The notes under the pieces: generated by a model
The model's database searches: none
Told to the model about the DNA's origin: nothing
What the model saw: only the letters and a program-made list of their open reading frames with translations
Translations under genes and position numbers: made by a program
Assembly (NCBI GenBank): GCA_005789565.1
Contig: SXXL01000016.1
Location: forward strand, 4,745-68,744
Direction: 5' to 3'
Source of the DNA: Bacteroidota bacterium
Lineage (GTDB): Bacteria > Bacteroidota > Bacteroidia > Chitinophagales > Chitinophagaceae
Length of the DNA: 64,000 bases
Shown here: one piece after another, positions 52,677-60,342 of the stretch
How positions within the stretch are numbered: the first letter of the stretch is position 1
Layout of the letters: every line of letters starts with the position of its first letter

Positions 52677-53858
52677 ATGCACAAAAAAATACTCTTTTTG
52701 GGAAGCGGGGAGCTCGGGAAGGAGCTGGTGATTGCCCTGAAGCGCTTGGGTCAAACGGTGATTGCGGTCGACCATTATGCGGGGGCGCCGGCCATGCAGG
52801 TGGCGGACGGATTCGAGGTGATCGACATGCTGGATGGCCAGGCCTTGGATGCGGTGGTTTCCAAACATGAACCGGATCTGGTCGTGCCGGAGATCGAGGC
52901 CATCCGCACCGAGCGGTTTTATGCCTACGAGACGAGCGGCATACAGGTGGTGCCCAGTGCCCGGGCGGCTAATTTTACGATGAATCGGAAGCTGATCCGA
53001 GACCTGGCATCGAAGGAGTTGGGCTTGCGGACCGCCCGATATTTTTATGCGACCGACTTTACGCAATTTCAGGAAGCGGTGGAGGCCATCGGTTTTCCTT
53101 GCGTGGTAAAGCCCTTGATGTCGTCCAGCGGAAAAGGGCAGTCCGTATTGAAGGACCCTTCGTTGATGCACGACGTATGGCAGTATGCGATCGAACATTC
53201 CAGGGGTGATATCAAGGAAGTGATCATTGAGGAGTTCATCTCTTTTCATACGGAGATCACGTTGCTGACGGTGACGCAGCAGGGCGGACCGACCTTGTTT
53301 TGTCCGCCAATCGGTCATCGGCAGGAGCGGGGCGATTATCAGGAAAGCTGGCAGCCGGTGGCGATCTCGTCGCAGGACTATGATGATGCCTGTCGGATGG
53401 CTGCTCGGGTGACGGAATCGTTGACCGGAGCCGGGTTGTGGGGAGTCGAGTTCTTTCTGACGGATCGGGGCGTTTATTTTTCGGAATTGAGTCCGCGGCC
53501 CCACGACACCGGCATGGTTACCCTCGCCGGTACGCAAAACCTGAGTGAGTTCGAGTTGCATGCGCGGGCGATCTTGGGACTTCCCATTCCGGCCATCACC
53601 CTCGAGCGGGCCGGAGCCAGTGCCGTCGTGTTGGCCAGCGATACGGCCGATATGTTTCGTATTAGTGGATTGGACCTTGCGCTGCAAGAATCCCGTACCG
53701 ATCTGCGCGTTTTCGGCAAACCCTCGATACGCCCTTACCGACGAATGGCAGTGGCACTGGTACACGATGCGGTCGGTTCGGATGTGGATGCCTTACGTAA
53801 AAAGGCGATGCAGGTGGCTTCGATGGTGCGGGTAGAGCCGGTGAAGGGGGGAGGGTGA
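52677..53858 (+). CDS. purT: Formate-dependent phosphoribosylglycinamide formyltransferase (GAR transformylase 2)
   Basis: 393 aa with an ATP-grasp fold. Contains [31 protein letters not shown] and [10 protein letters not shown]. Confidence 0.92.
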   Translation: MHKKILFLGSGELGKELVIALKRLGQTVIAVDHYAGAPAMQVADGFEVIDMLDGQALDAVVSKHEPDLVVPEIEAIRTERFYAYETSGIQVVPSARAANFTMNRKLIRDLASKELGLRTARYFYATDFTQFQEAVEAIGFPCVVKPLMSSSGKGQSVLKDPSLMHDVWQYAIEHSRGDIKEVIIEEFISFHTEITLLTVTQQGGPTLFCPPIGHRQERGDYQESWQPVAISSQDYDDACRMAARVTESLTGAGLWGVEFFLTDRGVYFSELSPRPHDTGMVTLAGTQNLSEFELHARAILGLPIPAITLERAGASAVVLASDTADMFRISGLDLALQESRTDLRVFGKPSIRPYRRMAVALVHDAVGSDVDALRKKAMQVASMVRVEPVKGGG

Positions 53859-53957
53859 TGTTTTGGGTGCATTTGAAATGAACTGTAAAGTAGCGAGTGG
53901 AAGCTTGATAAGATCAGTAGGTTGCCATATTAAAAGTACTTTTGTTAATTTGGCCAA

Positions 53958-54473
53958 ATGATCAGACGCGGTGATTTGAATGATGCTGTGCTTTTGCAGA
54001 CCCTTGGCAGAAAGACCTTTGCGGATACTTTTGCTAATACTTGTACCAGAGAAGACATGCGGGGTGTTTTGGAATCATTTTTTAATCCGACACAGGTTGC
54101 GTTGGAATTGGCAGATGCTACGGATAACTTCTTTTTTTATGAGGAGGACGGAATCGCGAAAGGGTATTTGCGCATACATGCAAAACGTGTTTGTCCGTTG
54201 GATTCTTTTCAAAATCGAACCTGCATGGAGCTGGTCCGATTGTATGTCTTACAAGAATACCAGGGGGCCGGTGTGGCAAACAAGCTGATGAATTTTGCCG
54301 TTGATTTTGCCCGCAATAGGGGCTTCGATGTCATCTACTTGTCGGTTTGGGAATACAACTTCCGGGCGCGAGGTTTTTACGAAAAGCACGGTTTCCGGAA
54401 TTCAGGCGTGGAGAATGATTTCCCGCTGGGATCAACGCCTCAAACGGACTACTGGTTTGTGAGGGAGTTGTAG
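53958..54473 (+). CDS. GNAT-family N-acetyltransferase
   Basis: 171 aa. Motif A is YQGAGVANKLMNFAV, with a C-terminal FYEKHGF. Confidence 0.85.
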   Translation: MIRRGDLNDAVLLQTLGRKTFADTFANTCTREDMRGVLESFFNPTQVALELADATDNFFFYEEDGIAKGYLRIHAKRVCPLDSFQNRTCMELVRLYVLQEYQGAGVANKLMNFAVDFARNRGFDVIYLSVWEYNFRARGFYEKHGFRNSGVENDFPLGSTPQTDYWFVREL

Positions 54474-54613
54474 GGTGAAATTTAGTACAGATTCGTAGTC
54501 GCTTTTAATGATTTGTAGTAGATTTATATTGAAACAAAAATAGACCCATATACCGGAAGCAATTGCTTAGGGATGGGGCAGTAGGATCCAGGAGGATGTT
54601 ATAAGCTATAAAA

Positions 54614-55003
54614 GTGAACAAAATGAAACAAGTGGTGTCAAAATTACTCCTGACGACATTCACATTACTTATGACATTGTACACCTTTGGTCAGAGAGGG
54701 TATGATTATGACGACTCTGAAGAATATGATTGGAATGAATTTAATGCTGATGATTTTCTTAAGGCGGCATTCATTTGTGCCTTGGTAATAGTTGTTGGAC
54801 TTATGATTCGAAAAAATTCTTCTAATAACTTTTTTAGAGGGGTAGGAACTACAATAATTGTTTTAGGAGGCTTGGGAGCATTCGGATTTTTAGGGGGGCC
54901 AATTTTAGGAGCAATTAAAATTATTTGGCAAGTAGTTGTTGGTGCTGCGATATTTTTCGGAATAATTTATTGGGTTTATACGGAGTTTATTGACAAAAAA
55001 TAA
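54614..55003 (+). CDS. Hypothetical membrane protein in AT-rich DNA
   Basis: 129 aa with a GTG start (an ATG lies 3 codons later). Signal/TM segment plus two further TM segments. Its stop abuts the truncated IS fragment. Confidence 0.4.
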   Translation: MNKMKQVVSKLLLTTFTLLMTLYTFGQRGYDYDDSEEYDWNEFNADDFLKAAFICALVIVVGLMIRKNSSNNFFRGVGTTIIVLGGLGAFGFLGGPILGAIKIIWQVVVGAAIFFGIIYWVYTEFIDKK

Positions 55004-55004
55004 C

Positions 55005-55400
55005 TGCTTTACCAGCGTGTTAGCCGAATCCCGAATCGTGGCTTTCGGGACATCGCCTTCAGGCAAACCTTCCAGCTTTTTTGTGAAAAGATCCTTGAGA
55101 ATCTGATTGTCGATTGCCAGGTCAGCGTGCATCTTCTTGAGCCTAGCATTCTCTTCTTCAAGGGATTTCAATTTTTTGACATCCGAGAGCTCCATGCCGC
55201 CGTACTTGGCCTTCCAGTTGTAAAATGTGGCTTCCGTAACGCCTAACTTGCGGCAAATCTCCCGGGTAGAGATACCGGCTTCTTGTTTTTTTAAGGGCGG
55301 AGACAATCTGCGCCTCCGTAAATCGGGATTTTTTCATGACAGTTTAAATTTGAGATTAATACTCAATTTTTAAACCGTCTGCTTTTTAGGGGTACTTACA
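55005..55400 (-). mobile_element. IS3-family insertion sequence remnant: one terminal inverted repeat plus a frameshifted, truncated orfA; no orfB
   Basis: The minus strand reads TGTAAGTACCCC... (IS3-type TG end at 55400), then ATG at 55337 and MKKSRFTEAQIVSALKK. A run of 7 A (55286-55292) then breaks the frame. Removing one A restores QEAGISTREICRKLGVTEATFYNWKAKYGGMELSDVKKLKSLEEENARLKK, the Transposase_8 HTH plus leucine zipper. The similarity ends near 55005. Confidence 0.7.
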
Positions 55401-55641
55401 AAATGGCTAGATCGTTAGCAGAGGGTTTTCAAAAGTGGAAGCTGTGGATGAGGCAGGCCGGCTTCTGCAAATTGGAGTAGCTCAAGTTAGAAATTCTGCT
55501 AACTTTTAAATGGCCGAGCTTTTGGGATGCTGACACTTTTGCTATAAATTATAATCTTTTAACTCTTGAATTTTTATATATTACTCTTAAATTACTTAAT
55601 GCGATCACTTCTTATAACATTAGACCTAAAATTTATTTAAA

Positions 55642-55998
55642 ATGGACAATGGATTTTTAATTCAGATTGCAAATAAATCAAATGTAATTAAACAGGCCTA
55701 TCTGTTCTCATATGAGTTACCTGAAGGTGTTGATATTCAAACATTGAATGGTTCATATGATTTCAATTCATTACATAAAACTGCAATCAATCAACCTTTT
55801 ACGGGCAATTCAATAACTTCAAACTATAGTGATATTATTCAGTTGGAGATAATAAATGATGGTGTTTGTAAGCATCTGGAACTTCTTGGTCGTTTTGAAG
55901 GAGAGATGATCAAAGTAGATGGAAATAAGAATTCAATAAAAATAAACTGCCCACCACACTCTGTTTTTACCATAAGGCTCTTTTCTCTACGTTTTTAA
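55642..55998 (+). CDS. Hypothetical protein in AT-rich DNA
   Basis: 118-aa ORF with an ATG start and no motif. Confidence 0.35.
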   Translation: MDNGFLIQIANKSNVIKQAYLFSYELPEGVDIQTLNGSYDFNSLHKTAINQPFTGNSITSNYSDIIQLEIINDGVCKHLELLGRFEGEMIKVDGNKNSIKINCPPHSVFTIRLFSLRF

Positions 55999-56152
55999 TA
56001 CTCTTGATCTAAACCTACCTCATTTTTTGGTGCAAATAAAAAAGCAGTTACGAGCAAAAACCCATAACTGCTTGAATATCAGTCCCCCCTATTGACGAAA
56101 GATGCAACTATAATACCTTGATTCAGTATGTGATTATAAGAAAATTAAAGGG

Positions 56153-56557
56153 TTAAATTCCCTTATATTTTTGAGGGGATAAAATCCAAATGGACTGAAA
56201 TATTAGGGCGCCAATGAAAGTCCATAAAATATCGTTCCAATCAAACCTTAGTTTACCTGCAAGTTGTATAAACTCCCAGCTAGCTAATCCAATGATAGAA
56301 ATCAGATTTGCTGAGAGATGTCTCTTTTCATAAAACCAAGTTCCCAAATAATTCTTTTTGATCACGTAAGGCATTAGCAGAACAAATAATGCAGGTATGC
56401 CTACTGCAGGAAAGAAATTGGGTGCAACTCCCAAGAGATATTTTACTACTGAACTATTGCCATTGTAATTTGGGCGTATATTATCTTGAATATAATTGAA
56501 TGCAAAGAAACAAATTGCGAATATTAAAAACCAATAATGCTGAGGTTTGAGTTTCAT
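56153..56557 (-). CDS. Hypothetical membrane protein (weak VanZ-like C-terminal motif)
   Basis: 134 aa with four TM-like segments. FDWNDILWTFIGALIF resembles the VanZ family. Confidence 0.4.
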   Translation of the reverse strand: MKLKPQHYWFLIFAICFFAFNYIQDNIRPNYNGNSSVVKYLLGVAPNFFPAVGIPALFVLLMPYVIKKNYLGTWFYEKRHLSANLISIIGLASWEFIQLAGKLRFDWNDILWTFIGALIFQSIWILSPQKYKGI

Positions 56558-56624
56558 TTTCTTGTAATGGATAGGTAATACTAAATCAAAAGATGCAACT
56601 AGCCTAACTCACTGATAGACAAAG

Positions 56625-56651
56625 AAAAAGGCGACATTCCAGTCGCCTTTT
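56625..56651 (-). terminator. Rho-independent terminator downstream of tRNA-Asn
   Basis: On the minus strand, AAAAGGCGAC-TGGAAT-GTCGCCTTTTT lies immediately 3' of the tRNA. Confidence 0.65.
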
Positions 56652-56657
56652 CCAATA

Positions 56658-56734
56658 TGGCTCCCCCTGTTGGACTTGAACCAACGACCCTCTGATTAAC
56701 AGTCAGATGCTCTAACCAACTGAGCTAAGGAGGA
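56658..56734 (-). tRNA. tRNA-Asn (anticodon GTT), CCA encoded
   Basis: Folded by hand as TCCTCCT-TA-GCTC-AGTTGGTTA-GAGC-A-TCTGA-CTGTTAA-TCAGA-GGGTC-GTTGG-TTCAAGT-CCAAC-AGGGGGA-G-CCA. All four stems pair. Confidence 0.9.
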
Positions 56735-56904
56735 GTATGTTTTCTTTTGGGGGGCATCGGTGAGACCAATAGCTACCCGAAAGGGGAGCAAAAATAGGGA
56801 TTCTGGGCTTTTCCGAAAAGCCCCTGAGGCAGGATTTGGTCAAAATTTTGCCCCATCCGTTAAGTCCACAGATTGAGCTAAAAATCTGTAACACCCCCTC
56901 AACC

Positions 56905-57228
56905 CTACGGTAGGTCGATGAAAACGCCGTCTTCCCGCCACTCCACTTTCCAGGTCTTCAAGTGGTAGCCCTCGCCCGAAACGTTCCGGCCGTTGGTCAG
57001 ACTGAATTTGTAGCGATGCAGGGGACAAACAATATTCCCCAACCCATCCACCGTCCCCTTCGCCATCCGCGCCCCGGCATGGGGACAAGCCGCCGCACAA
57101 GCAAATAACCTCGTCTCCGAACCCTCCATCACCCGCGCCACACAGATCTTTTTCCCGTTCACCGTTACTTCCGCCATTCCGTTGGAAGCGAAATTCAGTT
57201 CGTTGGGATGCTCAGCTAACTTAATCAT
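56905..57228 (-). CDS. Rieske (2Fe-2S) domain protein, NirD-like
   Basis: 107 aa. Contains CPHAGARM...CPLHRYKF (CxH...CxxH). Confidence 0.85.
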   Translation of the reverse strand: MIKLAEHPNELNFASNGMAEVTVNGKKICVARVMEGSETRLFACAAACPHAGARMAKGTVDGLGNIVCPLHRYKFSLTNGRNVSGEGYHLKTWKVEWREDGVFIDLP

Positions 57229-57230
57229 GG

Positions 57231-57318
57231 TAGAAGGATGAAGGGTGAAGGATGAAGGGTGAAGGATGAAAGTTGAAGAATAAGTTCACCTTTCACCCTT
57301 CAACCTTCATCTTTCTTC
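57231..57318. repeat. GAAGG-heptad-family imperfect hairpin overlapping the hflX 3' end
   Basis: The left arm is (GAAGGATGAAGGGT)n...GAAAGTTGAAG, the loop is AATAA, and the right arm is GTTCACCTTTCACCCTTCAACCTTCATCTTTCTTC. About 21 of 25 inner positions pair. Confidence 0.75.
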
Positions 57319-58487
57319 CACGGATACCGCACCTGATACAATTCCTTTACTTTTTCCAAGATCGTTTTCCGCAATTGATCGAGGTTGCGTTTTTCGGTGG
57401 CGGCAATGAATACCGCCCGGCCGCCGGTCTCGTGTTCCCAACGGCGATACAGATCGTTGAGAATTTCTTGTTTGGTGCTCGGCTCCAACCATTGATCGAA
57501 GGTCTGTGCCTCGTACCGGTCCATCTTATTGAAGATCGTCAGCACCGGCTTCTCCGAAGAACCCAGCTCCCGCAAGGTCTCGTTCACCACCGCCATCTGC
57601 TCTTCGTATTGCGGATGAGAAATATCCACCACATGCAACAAGATATCCGCCTCGCGCACCTCGTCGAGCGTGCTCTTGAAACTTTCCACCAAATGATGCG
57701 GCAACTTGCGGATGAATCCAACCGTGTCGCTCAATAAGAAAGGAACGTACTCAAATACCACCTTGCTGGTGGTAGTATCCAATGTGGCGAATAATTTATT
57801 CTCGGCAAATACCTCGCGTTTGCTGAGCAGGTTCATCAGGGTTGATTTACCGACGTTGGTATAACCCACCAGTGCTACGCGGATGAACTCGCCGCGTTCT
57901 TTGCGTTGGGTTTGGGCTTGTTTGTCGATCGTTTGGAGTCGCTTGCGCAGAAGAGAAATCTTATCGCGTACGATGCGTCGGTCGGTTTCGATCTCGGTTT
58001 CACCCGGACCACGCGTACCGATACCGCCACCCAGTCGCTCGAGGTGTTTCCACATGCCGCGCAGGCGGGGGAGGATGTATTGGTATTGGGCCAGTTCTAC
58101 CTGGGCGCGGGCCTGGGCGGTTTTAGCGCGGCGGGCGAAGATATCGAGGATGAGGTCGCTTCGATCGATCGTTTTAGCACCCACGGCTTTTTCGATGTTA
58201 TTGATCTGCGCGCCGGTGAGTTCATCGTCGAAGATGAGGACGCGGATGTCTTTGGATTCGACATATTGCCTGATCTCTTCGAGTTTGCCTTTGCCGACGA
58301 AGTGTCGGCTGTCGGGGTGCGGAAGTTTTTGTGTGAAGCGATGTACGGCGATGGCGCCGGCAGTTTCGGCTAAAAACGCAAGCTCGTCGAGGTACTCATT
58401 TACTTGCGCCTCGGTTTGGTCTTTTTGGATAACTCCTACGAGCACGGCTCGTTCGGATTGCAGGATCTTTTGTTTGTTGTCGATCAT
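57300..58487 (-). CDS. hflX: GTPase HflX
   Basis: 395 aa. HflX N-terminal domain plus G-motifs (GYTNVGKST, DTVGF, NKMD). Confidence 0.92.
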   Translation of the reverse strand: MIDNKQKILQSERAVLVGVIQKDQTEAQVNEYLDELAFLAETAGAIAVHRFTQKLPHPDSRHFVGKGKLEEIRQYVESKDIRVLIFDDELTGAQINNIEKAVGAKTIDRSDLILDIFARRAKTAQARAQVELAQYQYILPRLRGMWKHLERLGGGIGTRGPGETEIETDRRIVRDKISLLRKRLQTIDKQAQTQRKERGEFIRVALVGYTNVGKSTLMNLLSKREVFAENKLFATLDTTTSKVVFEYVPFLLSDTVGFIRKLPHHLVESFKSTLDEVREADILLHVVDISHPQYEEQMAVVNETLRELGSSEKPVLTIFNKMDRYEAQTFDQWLEPSTKQEILNDLYRRWEHETGGRAVFIAATEKRNLDQLRKTILEKVKELYQVRYPWKKDEG

Positions 58488-58494
58488 TGCGAGA

Positions 58495-58555
58495 GTTTAG
58501 AGAGCAGAGAACAGGGTTTAGATTGGTCCTAAACACTGTTCTCTAAACACTAAAC
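58495..58555. repeat. GTTTAG-family intergenic hairpin (27-nt arms, 7-nt loop)
   Basis: GTTTAGAGAGCAGAGAACAGGGTTTAG-ATTGGTC-CTAAACACTGTTCTCTAAACACTAAAC. The inner 14 bp pair with one mismatch. Confidence 0.7.
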
Positions 58556-58559
58556 GAAG

Positions 58560-59294
58560 TTATAGTCCCGAAATAGTAAGTCCCACGGTCAACGGCCGTA
58601 CGGCCGGACCGAAGCCATCTTTGATGACGGTGGTCAGTTGGTAGCTACCATAGAGGCTGATGTGGCCGAGGCCGACGCGTCCATGTGCAACCAGTCGGGT
58701 GCGGTTGAAGAATCGTTTGCTGGTTTCCTTCATCACATAATTGTTCAGGAGGCTGCCGCTGCGGTTTTGCCATTTGGTGTTGCGGGTATGGGCATTCAGC
58801 AGGGTTCCTACTTTCATACCAATGGCCCATTTGAATCCGTTATTCTTATCCGGGTTCTTATTGAACCGGAACTCGATCGGGGCTTCCAGGTAGACGGTCG
58901 CCAACTTGGACTTCTTATAATGATTGGTATCCTGCACGTTCGTGAAGCGCAGGGTAGGGGTCAACTCCTTGATCCCAATGCTCCGCTTCGTGAAAAGGAT
59001 GTGGTCGGAGCCGATACCCGGGCCAAAAGCCATGCTCAGCCGGGGGTCGTTCTTGAAGGGGAAATCGAACATCACATACCCGTTGAAGGATTTGGAAAGT
59101 CCGCTCGTACTCAGCGTATCCGGTAGGTTCGCCCACTGGGTATAGCCCACCTGCAACAGCAAGTGGTCGTTCGAACGACCCGTCAGGTCGATCTTGGGCT
59201 TGGATTTATCCTTCTTTTTGGGAGGCGTATTCTGGGCGATTCCGCTGAGAACCATCAACAGAAAGGCGGGGAGGAGGAAATGCTTCATATTCAT
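58560..59294 (-). CDS. Outer-membrane beta-barrel (PorT/OprF-like small porin family) protein
   Basis: 244 aa. Signal peptide, Lys-rich linker, alternating beta-strand pattern, and an aromatic-rich C-terminus. Confidence 0.5.
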   Translation of the reverse strand: MNMKHFLLPAFLLMVLSGIAQNTPPKKKDKSKPKIDLTGRSNDHLLLQVGYTQWANLPDTLSTSGLSKSFNGYVMFDFPFKNDPRLSMAFGPGIGSDHILFTKRSIGIKELTPTLRFTNVQDTNHYKKSKLATVYLEAPIEFRFNKNPDKNNGFKWAIGMKVGTLLNAHTRNTKWQNRSGSLLNNYVMKETSKRFFNRTRLVAHGRVGLGHISLYGSYQLTTVIKDGFGPAVRPLTVGLTISGL

Positions 59295-59351
59295 AAGGGA
59301 GCAAAACTATCGGCTTAGCAGTTAAGGAAAGGTTACGATTTTGAATATAAG

Positions 59352-59425
59352 TGGACCCTGCAGGGCTTGAACCTGCGACCCACAGATTATGAGTCTGTCG
59401 CTCTAACCAACTGAGCTAAGGGTCC
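59352..59425 (-). tRNA. tRNA with CAT anticodon (elongator Met or lysidine-modified Ile2), CCA not encoded
   Basis: Folded by hand as GGACCCT-TA-GCTC-AGTTGGTTA-GAGC-G-ACAGA-CTCATAA-TCTGT-GGGTC-GCAGG-TTCAAGC-CCTGC-AGGGTCC-A. The G1:C72 pair and the lack of a GGG/CCC anticodon stem argue against an initiator. Confidence 0.85.
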
Positions 59426-59487
59426 GCTCCCGGGGGAGGGGACGAAGGTACGGAAATGTCCGCCGACCACCGACCACCGACCGCGGT

Positions 59488-60258
59488 CTATTTCAGCTTC
59501 AGTCCCGCTTCCGGTTCGTTGGTGGTGATGAGATCGAATCCTTGTTTCAGAAAATCGTTCATCAGCGTGAGGTCATTGACCGTCCACACATTCAACACGA
59601 TTCCCAGCGCTTTGGCCCGGGGAATCCATTCCGGGTGCTTTTTATACACGTTATAATTGTAGTCCATGCCCCGAATACCTGCCTCTTTTAGCTGATCGGG
59701 GTTTTTGTCGCCATTCAAATACTGCACATGCGCCATTGGGATCTTTTCTAATATGCGCAAGCACATGCTATAGTCGAAACTGATGTATACGATGTTATAT
59801 GATGGGTTTACCTCCTTCACACAGGCCAGTACCCGATCCACTATTGCCCGGGCGCGTTCCGGTCCCAACCCCGAAGGTTTGATCTCCAAGACGAGATCGG
59901 TGTGTCGGTTATCCTCCATCCCCGCTATCAGATACTCGCGAAGCGTAGGCAGTTTCTCCCCGTTGGAAAGTGGAAAAGGCAACAGCGCCGAATAAGTTGT
60001 TTTTTCGATATCTAAATCATGATAGTGTTCATCGTGATTCACCACCAGTGAATCATCCGCACTCATTCGAACATCGAATTCAGAACCAATACAACCCAGG
60101 CGGATCGCTTCCCGCAAAGAGGCAATGGAGTTTTCCGGGAATCCGTTTTTCTTGAACGCACCTCGATGGGCTACCATGCGGTTGATGGGTTTATTGGCGG
60201 GGACTTTCATGGAGGTACAGGCAAGCGTGAGGAAGGAAAGGAGGAGGATATAGCGCAT
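59488..60258 (-). CDS. Glycerophosphodiester phosphodiesterase family protein
   Basis: 256 aa with a signal peptide. Contains VAHRGA...ENS...EFDVR...VVNHD. Confidence 0.85.
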   Translation of the reverse strand: MRYILLLSFLTLACTSMKVPANKPINRMVAHRGAFKKNGFPENSIASLREAIRLGCIGSEFDVRMSADDSLVVNHDEHYHDLDIEKTTYSALLPFPLSNGEKLPTLREYLIAGMEDNRHTDLVLEIKPSGLGPERARAIVDRVLACVKEVNPSYNIVYISFDYSMCLRILEKIPMAHVQYLNGDKNPDQLKEAGIRGMDYNYNVYKKHPEWIPRAKALGIVLNVWTVNDLTLMNDFLKQGFDLITTNEPEAGLKLK

Positions 60259-60342
60259 GAACGAATTTACTGTTTAGAGAGCTAACGGCAGACACCCACC
60301 TTCGCTAAAGCTTCGGCGGGCGAGGACGCGCGCTTCGGGTGC

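Noticed and set aside
52671-53765. A 364-aa minus-strand ORF.
   Set aside because: It is fully antisense to purT, whose translation carries unambiguous ATP-grasp motifs. It is a shadow ORF.
52677-53858. purT as a sixth gene of the WYL-linked cassette (only 28 nt downstream, no obvious terminator).
   Set aside because: It is a housekeeping purine biosynthesis enzyme with no functional link. Read-through transcription is possible, but membership of the module is not supported.
56789-56796. TATTTTTG (minus strand) as the -7 promoter box for tRNA-Asn.
   Set aside because: It lies about 55 nt upstream of the mature 5' end, which is possible only with a long leader. A single motif match is insufficient evidence.
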